Virus record (IMG/VR): IMGVR_UViG_3300050120_000279 | Reading direction: 5' to 3' (one strand) | DNA from: a virus | Lineage: Duplodnaviria; Heunggongvirae; Uroviricota; Caudoviricetes | Length of the DNA: 64,000 bases | In this document: piece by piece, positions 1-8,281 of the stretch | Layout: every line of letters begins with the position of its first letter | Position numbering within the stretch: position 1 is the stretch's first letter | Notes under the pieces: model-generated | What the model saw: the letters and a program-made list of their open reading frames with translations, nothing else | Database searches by the model: none | What the model was told of the DNA's origin: nothing | Program-made: the position numbers and the translations under genes

Positions 1-659
1 TGCAGACGGTCAAATGGACCAAGAGCACCGATGAAGGTAAGGCTGTCGATGAGAGCATCACATTCACGACCAGCGACTCGGCTGTTGTGAACTGCGACGT
101 GGCTTCCAGCATCCAGCTGAACTACGACAAGGCTCCTGCCTTCTACGTGAAGTTTCGCGCTGATGACATCAGCAGCTTTGTCGATGGATTCTATCGCAAC
201 GTCGTTCGCAACCAGCTGAATGATGTTGGCGGTCAATACACCGTCGAACAGATCATGGGCAATAATGGTCCAATGATCGCGGCCGTAGAGGTCGCCGTTG
301 AGAAGCAGATGGCGCCGATCGGCATCAATGTCTCCAATCTGGGGTTCATCGGGGCATGTCGTCCTCCTCAGGTCGTGACCGACTCGATCAATGCCAAGCT
401 CGCGCAACAGCAGCGTTCCCTGCAGACAACGCAGGAGATCGCCCAGACTGAGGCACAAGCCAAGAAGCGTGTTGCAGAAGCTCAAGGTGAGGCAGATGCA
501 AACGTCATCTCAGCCACAGCTGAAGCCAAGGCCAATACCCTCCGCGCGCAGTCTTTGACGCCAGCGCTGATCGAGAACAATCGGATCAATCGTTGGGATG
601 GTCACCTGTCGCAGTACCAGGGCGGCGCGGGCGGCATAATCCTCAACCCGAACAAGTAA
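1..659 (+). CDS. SPFH/band-7 (HflK/HflC-prohibitin-like) domain protein, 5' end truncated by the window edge (frame stays open to position 3)
   Basis: C-terminal Ala/Glu/Gln-rich coiled region (QTTQEIAQTEAQAKKRVAEAQGEADANV...) typical of the SPFH C-terminus; no in-frame stop upstream of the annotated GTG. Confidence 0.5.
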   Translation, partial: QTVKWTKSTDEGKAVDESITFTTSDSAVVNCDVASSIQLNYDKAPAFYVKFRADDISSFVDGFYRNVVRNQLNDVGGQYTVEQIMGNNGPMIAAVEVAVEKQMAPIGINVSNLGFIGACRPPQVVTDSINAKLAQQQRSLQTTQEIAQTEAQAKKRVAEAQGEADANVISATAEAKANTLRAQSLTPALIENNRINRWDGHLSQYQGGAGGIILNPNK

Positions 660-723
660 TCGACTTTCCCTATTGGGATAGGGCCAGCCGGGAGCCTCTA
701 ATCTCGGCACACTTTAGGAGTAC

Positions 724-909
724 ATGATGAACAAGAAATCACTCGTTACCGGCATTGTTCTTTTCCTGATCTCGGGGACCTCGGCCGTTGTATGCGCAGA
801 ATCACATGATGCAACCAGTGTGTTCTTCGGATTCTTCGGGATCGTCACATTCATCATGGCAGTTGTCAAAACGATCCTTGGAACATTTCATAACGAGTTG
901 ACGACCTAA
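724..909 (+). CDS. small membrane protein (single hydrophobic helix)
   Basis: 61 aa ORF with a hydrophobic core, tightly packed between neighbouring genes. Confidence 0.35.
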   Translation: MMNKKSLVTGIVLFLISGTSAVVCAESHDATSVFFGFFGIVTFIMAVVKTILGTFHNELTT

Positions 910-1412
910 TGGCCATCGAAGTAAAAGCACCTGGCGACTTCAGCTATCACGCGAAGGAAGCCCGTTCGATTATCTTCCTGGGCGGGGTCATTGATATGGG
1001 GATTGCGCCCGATTGGCAGAAAGCCATCGTGGAAGCGCTCAAACCCTACCATGACGTGCTCATCCTGAATCCGCGGCGTACTTCGTGGGATTCCTCATGG
1101 GAACAGAGCATTGATAACGGTCTCTTCAAGGAACAGGTCCTTTGGGAGCTGGACGGACAAGAAGCTGCATCAATCAACATTTATGTCTTTGCTCCGGATG
1201 AGACGTCGGCCCTTTCCTCAAAGGCGCCAATCACTTTGATGGAACTTGGCTTATTCGTCGATTCGGCTGATACCTACATTGTTTGCCCTCCTGGTTACTA
1301 TCGCAAGGGAAATGTCGATATCGTCGCTGAGCGTTACCATGTGCCGGTCTACAACAACCTCGATGAACTGATCTGTGTGCTTCATGATCGACTTCTTGAG
1401 GAAGCTTGCTGA
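909..1412 (+). CDS. nucleoside 2-deoxyribosyltransferase-like protein (Nuc_deoxyri_tr2-type)
   Basis: IFLGG...MELG pattern and overall size typical of the phage Ndt-like family; overlapping ATG/TAA with upstream gene. Confidence 0.5.
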   Translation: MAIEVKAPGDFSYHAKEARSIIFLGGVIDMGIAPDWQKAIVEALKPYHDVLILNPRRTSWDSSWEQSIDNGLFKEQVLWELDGQEAASINIYVFAPDETSALSSKAPITLMELGLFVDSADTYIVCPPGYYRKGNVDIVAERYHVPVYNNLDELICVLHDRLLEEAC

Positions 1413-1603
1413 TGGATCCTCTCAAGCCGTCAACTGCTCTTTTGGTCAAATTGGGCTCACTGGCAGTTCATGCAGATGAGTACCTCTCGGACCAATCACA
1501 CGATTTCGACAAATATGCGATTCTGAGTCTTTTGGCCGATCAAGAGGTAAAGCACTTTCTGGCTGAAATGAGCAAGATGGGCTTTCTGCCTGTGAAGCGC
1601 TAA
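1406..1603 (+). CDS. hypothetical protein
   Basis: 65 aa ORF overlapping the stop of the upstream gene by 7 nt. Confidence 0.3.
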   Translation: MLMDPLKPSTALLVKLGSLAVHADEYLSDQSHDFDKYAILSLLADQEVKHFLAEMSKMGFLPVKR

Positions 1604-1716
1604 TAGGTAAAATCGCACACGCGCGACCCTGAAATTGGTTTACAAATTCCGGCGTTTCTTGCGAGCCGATCAGATTTGGGTTTGGCCAAGGAAACACGAC
1701 ATTTCGATTTACCCAT

Positions 1717-1804
1717 CGCCCGGTGGTGGAATTTGGCAGACACACCAGCTTGAGGTGCTGGCGCCCGTAAGGGCATGAGAGTTCGAGTCTCTTCTGGGCG
1801 ACCA
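1717..1804 (+). tRNA. tRNA-Leu (anticodon GAG), type II with long variable arm
   Basis: 7-bp acceptor stem CGCCCGG/CTGGGCG (one GU), anticodon stem CCAGC/GCTGG with loop TTGAGGT, variable arm GCCC-GTAA-GGGC, T-arm GAGAG-TTCGAGT-CTCTT, discriminator A and encoded CCA. Confidence 0.7.
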
Positions 1805-1818
1805 ATATAAGGAGCATC

Positions 1819-2142
1819 ATGGCTGAGAGCACTGACAAGGGTCCCAACTACAATTCGAATGGCTACCTCAGTCAAGAGGGGCGTGTGGCCGATGAGATGT
1901 CTCGGTCACGAACAGCTCTGCATGCTTCACACAAGCGCCTGCAGGACTTCGATAAGACTATCGCTACGGCCAAGAAGGTTATAGCAGACGGTGAGATCGA
2001 ACGGCCCGAACTAGTCCTCAAGTTTCAGAGAGCACAGAAGGAACACCAAGCGGCCCTCGATCATTACACCAACAACATCTGGATGGATATTCAGGTCAAG
2101 CCGAAGTTGCCACCAGCACCACCGGAGCCTTTGATCTCATGA
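1819..2142 (+). CDS. hypothetical protein
   Basis: ORF with AAGGAG RBS 8 nt upstream of the ATG. Confidence 0.45.
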   Translation: MAESTDKGPNYNSNGYLSQEGRVADEMSRSRTALHASHKRLQDFDKTIATAKKVIADGEIERPELVLKFQRAQKEHQAALDHYTNNIWMDIQVKPKLPPAPPEPLIS

Positions 2143-2687
2143 AAGTAGTCAATCTCTTTGCAGGACCTGGTGTGGGTAAATCCGTCATGGCCGCAGACAT
2201 CTTCTCGGTCATCAAGAAGAACGGCGGCAGCGCTGAGCTGGCTGGCGAATACGCCAAGGACATGGTCTACGAGAGTCGCATGAACATCCTGACGGATCAG
2301 GTGTACGTGCTGGCCAAGCAGAACCGTCGCCTTCATCGTCTTCGTGACAAGGTGGACTGGGTCATCTCTGACAGCCCTTTGCTGCTCTCCCCAGTGTACG
2401 CGCCGGCAGACTATTACCCGTCGTTCGTGGATCTGGCATTCGATGTTTTCGATAGCTATGAGAACATAAACCTGTTCTTGCAGCGGCCGGCCGATCGCAT
2501 CTATCAGGACGTAGGCAGGACTCAGAAGGCTGCTGAAGCCATTGAGTTCGACGATAAGATCAAGAACTTCCTCGATCAGCACAGGGTGCCGTACAAGGTT
2601 GTTCATCCTGGTAGAGACATCGTCGACTTCAACTTCCTCCGCATCTACTTGCTGTCGATGCTGGATTCCAATCTCGTCGCAGCATAA
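2139..2687 (+). CDS. P-loop NTPase (possible nucleotide/dNMP kinase-like)
   Basis: N-terminal Walker A GPGVGKS; ATGA overlap with upstream gene. Confidence 0.55.
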   Translation: MKVVNLFAGPGVGKSVMAADIFSVIKKNGGSAELAGEYAKDMVYESRMNILTDQVYVLAKQNRRLHRLRDKVDWVISDSPLLLSPVYAPADYYPSFVDLAFDVFDSYENINLFLQRPADRIYQDVGRTQKAAEAIEFDDKIKNFLDQHRVPYKVVHPGRDIVDFNFLRIYLLSMLDSNLVAA

Positions 2688-2764
2688 GCCTCTATAGCTC
2701 AGTGGACTAGAGCACGGAGCTTCTACCTCCGGTGTCGGGAGTTCGAATCTCTCTAGGGGCACCA
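2688..2764 (+). tRNA. tRNA-Arg (anticodon TCT)
   Basis: Acceptor GCCTCTA/TAGGGGC, D-arm TAGCTCAGTGGACTAGAGCA, anticodon stem CGGAG/CTCCG with loop CTTCTAC, T-loop GTTCGAATC, CCA encoded; starts immediately after the stop of the upstream gene. Confidence 0.8.
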
Positions 2765-2783
2765 TAACCGTCAAGGAGAAATC

Positions 2784-3020
2784 ATGTCAGAACTAACGTA
2801 TGAAGAGTTGCAAGCAAAGGTAGCCGCGCTCGAAGCAGAGAAGGCAGCCAAGGGCACCATCAGTTTCAAGGTCAGTGAAAAGGGAGCTGTCAGCGCGTAT
2901 GGGCTTGGTCGCTTTCCTGTCACCCTGTACGCGGAACAGTGGAAGAAGCTTCTTGAGAAGAAGGACGCCATTCTCGGCTTCATTGCTGACAACAGCGAGA
3001 AGTTGAAGACCAAAGAGTAA
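2784..3020 (+). CDS. hypothetical protein
   Basis: 78 aa ORF with AGGAG RBS. Confidence 0.4.
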   Translation: MSELTYEELQAKVAALEAEKAAKGTISFKVSEKGAVSAYGLGRFPVTLYAEQWKKLLEKKDAILGFIADNSEKLKTKE

Positions 3021-3034
3021 AGAAACGAGTCGAT

Positions 3035-3358
3035 ATGGCGCCGGTGAAGAAGCCTAAGCAGAAAGGTATTTGGATCCAGCGGGATGGAACACCGATCGCT
3101 GTCGTGGATATGAAGGAAACTCATATCCAATACACGATTGCCATGCTCCGGCGTCGTGTGGCCAAGGAAGAGATCGAGCTCAAGAAGGCTATGGTCGGCT
3201 TTGAGCCGGTCACCAACACGATCCCCCGTTTCATGGCTTCGATCAATATGCTCCTGGCTGAGCTGGGACGCCGCGGATTCGAAGAACGCCAGATGAATGA
3301 CTGGACTGCCTTCATCGAGTTGGAGCTGAGGGGGCCGGGCTATGAGAGGATCGCATGA
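3035..3358 (+). CDS. hypothetical protein
   Basis: 107 aa ORF. Confidence 0.4.
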   Translation: MAPVKKPKQKGIWIQRDGTPIAVVDMKETHIQYTIAMLRRRVAKEEIELKKAMVGFEPVTNTIPRFMASINMLLAELGRRGFEERQMNDWTAFIELELRGPGYERIA

Positions 3359-3561
3359 TGATTAGCTCGTTCCATCGTCTTCATCTCCCCTCTGGAAGTG
3401 AAACGATTGGCCACTTCACATTGGTTCATCATGAGATGGGAGCTAATCCCCAGGTTATCTCAGCCGAAGGTTCTGACAACCATGTACAGGTTGAACTGCA
3501 CTTAGCTTTAGAGTGTGTAAACCGTTGGAATCATGGCAAGGACTGGAAATACTGGATCTAG
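3355..3561 (+). CDS. hypothetical protein
   Basis: 68 aa ORF, ATGA overlap with upstream gene. Confidence 0.35.
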   Translation: MMISSFHRLHLPSGSETIGHFTLVHHEMGANPQVISAEGSDNHVQVELHLALECVNRWNHGKDWKYWI

Positions 3562-3995
3562 GCAGCTTTGATCCAGCCAAACTGAATTGCGGTTCGTCTC
3601 CGATGACACTTGCAGCACCTGACATCGCACTTGGCAATCTCTTTCTTGATAGTGCTCCATGACATAACACTATTGACCATGTTCGAGATTGCTTTGGTCT
3701 TCTCAGATGGTTTGCGATGATCAAAGTCCAGGCAGATTGGATCTGTTTCGCCGCAGTCAATGCACGGATGTTCTTTCAGATATTCGAGAAGTTTAGTCCG
3801 ATTCTCTGTCTTATAGCGCTTGTTGTTTATCTGAACTTGAGCATTGTGTTTGATCTTGTTATCTTGATGCCACTGACTACTGTATTCAGCTTGGCATACT
3901 AGGCACTGTGAATAGTACCAGCCCTTTGCTTTGTTCTTGAATCGGAAGTTGCTAAGAGGCTGAGGTCCACATTTCGTACAGGTTCTATTAGTCAT
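3558..3995 (-). mobile_element. HNH homing endonuclease (His-Me finger) in an AT-rich island
   Basis: CIDCGETDPICLDFDHRKP and CDVRCCKCHRRRT zinc/HNH motifs; only minus-strand gene in a 56-kb plus-strand block; local AT content clearly above surroundings. Confidence 0.7.
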
Positions 3996-4005
3996 GGGCC
4001 TGTCT

Positions 4006-4038
4006 AGTATAGGGAACTCTAACAGTTTTACAAGTTAG
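4006..4038 (-). promoter_or_regulatory. sigma70-like promoter for the HNH gene (-35 TTGTAA, 16-nt spacer, -10 TATACT on minus strand)
   Basis: Reverse complement of 3996..4052 reads TTGTAA-n16-TATACT-n9-ATG. Confidence 0.3.
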
Positions 4039-4050
4039 AGTCCTCATCAA

Positions 4051-4127
4051 GCGCGATTAGTTCAGTGGTTAGAACGGGAGACTCTAAATCTCTGTCGTCG
4101 GGGGTTCGAATCCCTCATCGCGCACCA
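4051..4127 (+). tRNA. suppressor tRNA, anticodon CTA (reads UAG amber)
   Basis: Acceptor GCGCGAT/ATCGCGC, D-arm GTTC-AGTGGTTA-GAAC, anticodon stem GGAGA/TCTCT with loop CTCTAAA (U33, CUA, A37), T-arm GGGGG-TTCGAAT-CCCTC, discriminator A, CCA encoded. Confidence 0.6.
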
Positions 4128-4146
4128 CAACTAAAGAAGGAGATAT

Positions 4147-4437
4147 ATGGCACAGCCAATATCGAGTCAGTTTTGTTATATACATGTCCGTGGGCACAAA
4201 CCAGGGGATCGAATCGGAATTGTACAGTATCTCGATACAGGGTACTTCCCAACACAACTCGACAACCCTAATCAGAAAGAAGCTGACGAGGTAGATGAGA
4301 CCATCGATTCTTTGAATGGTCGACTTGATATTTCCGTCGATGTCCGTTACGCAATGGAAGCAGGTTCGATGTTCGGCTGGCGTGTGCCGGCAGCTAGGGC
4401 AGCCCTGGAACACTTTGGTTCCCCCGAACTAACCTAA
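4147..4437 (+). CDS. hypothetical protein
   Basis: 96 aa ORF with GAAGGAG RBS. Confidence 0.45.
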   Translation: MAQPISSQFCYIHVRGHKPGDRIGIVQYLDTGYFPTQLDNPNQKEADEVDETIDSLNGRLDISVDVRYAMEAGSMFGWRVPAARAALEHFGSPELT

Positions 4438-4448
4438 CAGGAGTAGGT

Positions 4449-4703
4449 ATGCCAGGTTTCATTGATTTCGATACGAAGACTATCACGTTCGAGACAGGTC
4501 CTTTCCTCGAAGTCGACTGTCTTTGTTGCTATGACAATCATCCTGACAAGACCCCTTTCAACAGGCCATTCATTGTCTGTCGTACATGTGGCAACAAGCG
4601 CTGCCCGAAGGCAACGAACCATAACCTGGCATGTTCCGGAAGCAATGAGCCTGGCCAGCAGGGAAGTGAATGGGGCGAACACGAGCCCTGTGCCAAGGAG
4701 TAA
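4449..4703 (+). CDS. small Cys-rich (probable zinc-binding) protein
   Basis: 84 aa with CxC...CxxC...C clusters; AGGAG RBS. Confidence 0.4.
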   Translation: MPGFIDFDTKTITFETGPFLEVDCLCCYDNHPDKTPFNRPFIVCRTCGNKRCPKATNHNLACSGSNEPGQQGSEWGEHEPCAKE

Positions 4704-4705
4704 TC

Positions 4706-4948
4706 ATGTCAGTGAACATCGATCTAAAGAACATGGATTGGGGCCTCCTCCGCCGGCAGAAACGGCATTTGGTGACCATGGCAAACGACTACTCCAAGAA
4801 TGCCTTGAAGTGTCTCAAGCCAGAAGAAGCCAAAGTGCTCGACGGCATCATCAGTTTGATCGATGCGATCCAGGACAATGCTGTAGAGTCCGGCCAGCTC
4901 ACAGAGCAAGAAGTATTCAAAGCAAAGATGCCGCGGAGAGTCAAATGA
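4706..4948 (+). CDS. hypothetical protein
   Basis: Internal ATG of ORF 4670..4948 placed just after the stop of the upstream gene. Confidence 0.35.
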   Translation: MSVNIDLKNMDWGLLRRQKRHLVTMANDYSKNALKCLKPEEAKVLDGIISLIDAIQDNAVESGQLTEQEVFKAKMPRRVK

Positions 4949-5169
4949 TTGCTGATCTACATGAGAACGCTGAAGCCATTGATGCTTGTACAGACCCAAT
5001 CTGGGGTGTGAACGTCGCGTTCAATGTACAGGCAAAGACTCAGGATGAAGCATGGAACAAACTCTCCCGCTACCTGGGCAAGACTTTCAATGGCCATTAC
5101 GAGTCACTGGAATCGCCAGTCCTCCAGCCACACATTACTGCTGATGATTGCGAAACGCTCATCACATAA
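4945..5169 (+). CDS. hypothetical protein
   Basis: In-frame ATG within the longer Arg/Ser-rich ORF 4462..5169; ATGA overlap with upstream gene. Confidence 0.3.
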   Translation: MIADLHENAEAIDACTDPIWGVNVAFNVQAKTQDEAWNKLSRYLGKTFNGHYESLESPVLQPHITADDCETLIT

Positions 5170-5663
5170 TGCAAGTACTCTACTGTAGTGACGGCAGAGA
5201 AGTTCTAGTGGATGATGAAGACTATCCATTGTTGAAGCGGCATACTTGGACATCTGTTCCAGGACGCAATACCTGGTATGCGCTGACGACATTAGGGGCG
5301 AAGACAGTGATGATGCATTCCCTGATCAGTCCAATGCCGTCTCCGTTTCATACAGATCACTGGGACGGCAATGGTCTAAACAACCAGAAGCTAAACCTTC
5401 GCCGAGCGACCATCTCTGAGAATGCAATGAACAGGGGACCAGAAGCTGGCAAGTTGTACAAAGGAACTCATGCCTATAAAGGCAAGTTCCGCGCAAAGAT
5501 TCAATACGAAGGTAAGCAGGTCAATCTCGGTACATTTGTCACCGAGGAGGAAGCTGCAAAGAGGTACGACGAAGCTGCGCTGGAATTCCACGGCAAGTTT
5601 GCTTATCTCAATTTCCCTTTGTGTTTACCAGTCTCGGGAGCCTCGGCTCCTCAACACACGTAA
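5169..5663 (+). mobile_element. HNH homing endonuclease with C-terminal AP2 DNA-binding domain
   Basis: HTDHWDGNGLNNQKLNLR (HNH_3-type) followed by the AP2-like YKGKFRAKIQYEGKQVNLGTFVTEEEAAKRYDEAALEFHGKFAYLNF. Confidence 0.7.
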
Positions 5664-5689
5664 GAGAAACAGACTATTTGTTCTGTACA

Positions 5690-5723
5690 CAAGACCTCGG
5701 TTCGATTCCGAGCGGGTCCACCA
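5690..5723 (+). other. tRNA-like 3' fragment (T-arm CTCGG-TTCGATT-CCGAG, acceptor 3' strand CGGGTCC, A, CCA) with no matching 5' half
   Basis: Canonical GGTTCGATTCC T-loop and encoded CCA; no complementary 5' acceptor strand within 120 nt upstream. Confidence 0.3.
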
Positions 5724-5814
5724 TAGAGCCTACCGGCTGCACGTTTGTCGGGATGGACAACATCTTCGGATGTCCCGAATTCATTCTGCCGACACAGTGT
5801 CCGGGTGTGAGTGA

Positions 5815-6033
5815 TTGCATTCGGTAAGTTCTATTGTGGGCCCGTCATGGTTTCGATTGGGTATTGGGTGGATAGCTGACGTGTCGGATCGGAAGCCCAC
5901 GTTACGGGAAGCCAAGACTACAACTGCCAAAAGCAATGTTGTTGCCGGTATCAAAGCCAAGGTGCTGTCTTTCGGCGCGCGCGTAAGCGCTGCGACCGCG
6001 ATGCCCACCATGGGTTTTGCCGCTGCTGCCTAA
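5815..6033 (+). CDS. hypothetical small protein (hydrophobic segment, Ala-rich C-terminus)
   Basis: 72 aa ORF in a 450-bp gap; followed by hairpin GCCCCG-n7-CGGGGC at about 6080..6098. Confidence 0.25.
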   Translation: MHSVSSIVGPSWFRLGIGWIADVSDRKPTLREAKTTTAKSNVVAGIKAKVLSFGARVSAATAMPTMGFAAAA

Positions 6034-6116
6034 GAAACAGCAACAGAGTTAGAGCCACTCTGTCCCTCAGAGCTCTCAAGCCCCGTGTAAAGCGGGGCAC
6101 TTCTATTGGAGGCAGC

Positions 6117-6395
6117 ATGACAGATCAGCTGTATATAGTTCTGCATACTCATCGATTTGGCAGCAGCACCTATGTTGTCAAGAGCGATCGTATGCCAACG
6201 GAACTTCAAGTAATCCGTTGTTTGGAACTCGACTATGAAGGGACTCGGGATGAGTCTATTGCCATCAATCTCTTGGAATCAAATGAGCCAGCGATTCTGG
6301 ATTACATTCCTGGATTAGATGATGCTGACTTCCGTTCCGAGGTGGACTACAACGGGACGGCTCTTCGTGATCATGAGGACGACGTCGATGGCTAA
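6117..6395 (+). CDS. hypothetical protein
   Basis: 92 aa ORF, GGAGG RBS. Confidence 0.4.
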   Translation: MTDQLYIVLHTHRFGSSTYVVKSDRMPTELQVIRCLELDYEGTRDESIAINLLESNEPAILDYIPGLDDADFRSEVDYNGTALRDHEDDVDG

Positions 6396-6687
6396 ACTGA
6401 TCCGGTTCGATGGTACGGAAGAGGAAGTCTTTCCGGCCGACAAGAAGAGTGGGTTCAGTCTGGGCGAGATGTATGCATTGCTTGGATGCGAGATGATCGA
6501 AGTGGTCTATCTCGCCAATGAGAAAGAGATCCTAATCATCGATGAAGAAGGCAAGCTCCGTCAGGATTGGCTTGAACGACTCAACGAGAAGGCTACTCAG
6601 TTGTTCTTCGAAGGGCGAGTTCCGAACGGTGACATCATCACCGGTAATGCTCTCCTGATAGTGGATGATGGTACAGAGTTTCAGTAA
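6388..6687 (+). CDS. hypothetical protein
   Basis: ATG overlapping the stop of the upstream gene; 99 aa. Confidence 0.4.
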   Translation: MAKLIRFDGTEEEVFPADKKSGFSLGEMYALLGCEMIEVVYLANEKEILIIDEEGKLRQDWLERLNEKATQLFFEGRVPNGDIITGNALLIVDDGTEFQ

Positions 6688-6693
6688 CAACTA

Positions 6694-6723
6694 AGCCCCG
6701 GTCAATTGATCGGGGCTTTTGCT
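6694..6723 (+). terminator. rho-independent terminator (AGCCCCG-loop-CGGGGCTTTTGCTTTG)
   Basis: GC-rich 6-7 bp stem followed by a T-rich tract directly after the stop at 6687. Confidence 0.55.
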
Positions 6724-6746
6724 TTGCCCACTCCAGTATTCCCCTG

Positions 6747-7013
6747 ATGGGAGGATCTCTAATGCCAGATGAAACTGAAGCTATCCGCCGCGGCCTACTG
6801 GCTGCGATCAATGACGAGCCCCAGGATCGTACAGCCCTCGAGCAGTTCTACGGCAAAGTGTGGACGTTAGCCGAATTGGGCGAAGAGTTTGTCATCAAGC
6901 AGTTTGCAGCTCCCCTCATCGTAGTCAAGCGTTTATCAGACGGCGTGCTCGGAACGATGTACTTCCAGCACAGCCCACGTTTCTACTTCAACTTCAAGGA
7001 AGACACGAAGTAA
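6747..7013 (+). CDS. hypothetical protein
   Basis: 88 aa ORF after terminator; GGGAGG RBS. Confidence 0.4.
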   Translation: MGGSLMPDETEAIRRGLLAAINDEPQDRTALEQFYGKVWTLAELGEEFVIKQFAAPLIVVKRLSDGVLGTMYFQHSPRFYFNFKEDTK

Positions 7014-8281
7014 TGGCAATCATTTACTACGATGGCTGCGACGCATGCGCACAGCGAAAATGGCTGAACGATGATCGAACAGATCTGGAAGCAGCTAATC
7101 CTTCTGTGATCAAACATACCTGCATTCTAGGGCAGGAAAGAAAGGCTTCAACAAGTATGGAAACGCACCCAATTCTGTTTCACATGGGAGCCAATGGTCT
7201 CCAACAATGGCGTGTTTGGACAGTCGGCGCTACCATCTTCTCCGAACACGGTCTCGTCGACGGGGCCAAGGTCAGTCACGAGAAGGTTTGTGAGTCCAAG
7301 AACGTCGGTCGTTCCAATGAGACGACACCTGAAGCTCAAGCAGTAGCGGAAGCTGCCGCTCTGTGGGTTCACAAGCGTGAGCGCAAGTACACGGAAGACC
7401 CTGCCGGAACCAAGACGGACATCTTCTTGCCCATGCTGGCGCCGAATGACAAGTGGCCAGAGACGAAGAAGCACATCAAGTATCCTGCGTTTCTTCAGCC
7501 CAAGTTGGACGGTAATCGCTCCGTCGGCCGGCTTGATGGCGATGAGGCTGTGCTGACCTCCCGTGAGGGCAAGCCCCAGGACTTCCTACCGCATATCAAT
7601 GCGGAGCTAAAGGCCCTGGGTCTCAGCGAGGACTATTTCCTCGATGGCGAGCTCTACTGTCATGGACAGAGCCTGCAGACGATCAACAGCTGGATCAAGA
7701 AGGCTCGGCCGGAGTCGATGCAGATCAAGTACCACATCTATGATCTCCCCGTCGTCAATGGCAAGACGGACCTTTCCCTAGCCGATCGCCTGGCGAATCT
7801 GGACCAGCTCTTTCTTGACACCTTCGATGGCAAGTGCCAGTTCCTTGAACTCGTACCAACCGAGATCGTCAATAACGAAGAGGAAGTGATGACCTGGTTC
7901 AAGCACTACCGCGACCTTGGCTACGAGGGAGTGATGGTCAAGAACACGGCCGGAAAGTACAAACAGAAGAGTCGCTCGAAGGACGTCGCCAAGGTCAAGC
8001 CGTTCGAAGACGCCGAATTCAAGGTGGTTGGTTTCACGGGCATGGAAGTCTACAAGGACGAAGTGCTCTGGATCTGCGAGACCAAGGAAGGCAGGACCTT
8101 CAAGGTCACGCCGAATGGTTCACGGGAACAGCGCAAGGAATGGTTTGCCACGGCTGACCAGTACATCGGTCGGATCCTGACGGTGACGTTCATGGGTTAT
8201 ACCGAGGACGGTATCCCGAACATCGCCAAGGGCAAAGCTTTCCGCCTGGAGAGTGATCTTCCTAAAGAGAGCGCGGCGTGA
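7013..8281 (+). CDS. ATP-dependent DNA ligase
   Basis: Adenylation motif I KLDGNR, motif III FLDGELY, motif IV YEGVMVK, motif V AKVKPFED; TAATG overlap with upstream gene. Confidence 0.85.
   Translation: MAIIYYDGCDACAQRKWLNDDRTDLEAANPSVIKHTCILGQERKASTSMETHPILFHMGANGLQQWRVWTVGATIFSEHGLVDGAKVSHEKVCESKNVGRSNETTPEAQAVAEAAALWVHKRERKYTEDPAGTKTDIFLPMLAPNDKWPETKKHIKYPAFLQPKLDGNRSVGRLDGDEAVLTSREGKPQDFLPHINAELKALGLSEDYFLDGELYCHGQSLQTINSWIKKARPESMQIKYHIYDLPVVNGKTDLSLADRLANLDQLFLDTFDGKCQFLELVPTEIVNNEEEVMTWFKHYRDLGYEGVMVKNTAGKYKQKSRSKDVAKVKPFEDAEFKVVGFTGMEVYKDEVLWICETKEGRTFKVTPNGSREQRKEWFATADQYIGRILTVTFMGYTEDGIPNIAKGKAFRLESDLPKESAA

Noticed and set aside
2091-2774. Long minus-strand and alternate-frame ORFs from the six-frame track (e.g. 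2091..2774, 16086..16775, 20518..21318, 20633..21289, 27653..28282, 29317..30060, 30988..31716, 31884..33056, 40926..41810, 47104..48141, 4462..5169, 12957..13430, 18878..19222)
   Set aside because: Each lies antisense to or out of frame within a plus-strand gene with clear conserved catalytic motifs. Their products are Arg/Ser/Pro-rich low-complexity translations typical of shadow ORFs in GC-rich DNA.
3950-3996. Apparent 1-nt discrepancy near 3960 (printed GAGGCCTGAGG versus GAGGCTGAGG implied by the supplied HNH translation), which would truncate the HNH ORF to about 14 codons
   Set aside because: Flanking ORF coordinates (3717..3902, 4065, 4084) agree with the printed numbering, so I attribute this to my own hand-counting and follow the supplied ORF track. 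Worth rechecking computationally.
5664-6116. tRNA-like 3' fragment plus a 450-bp gap as a possible attP/integration module
   Set aside because: No integrase or excisionase is present in the phage-type block. The only recombinase-like sequence is a 63-aa remnant 52 kb away.
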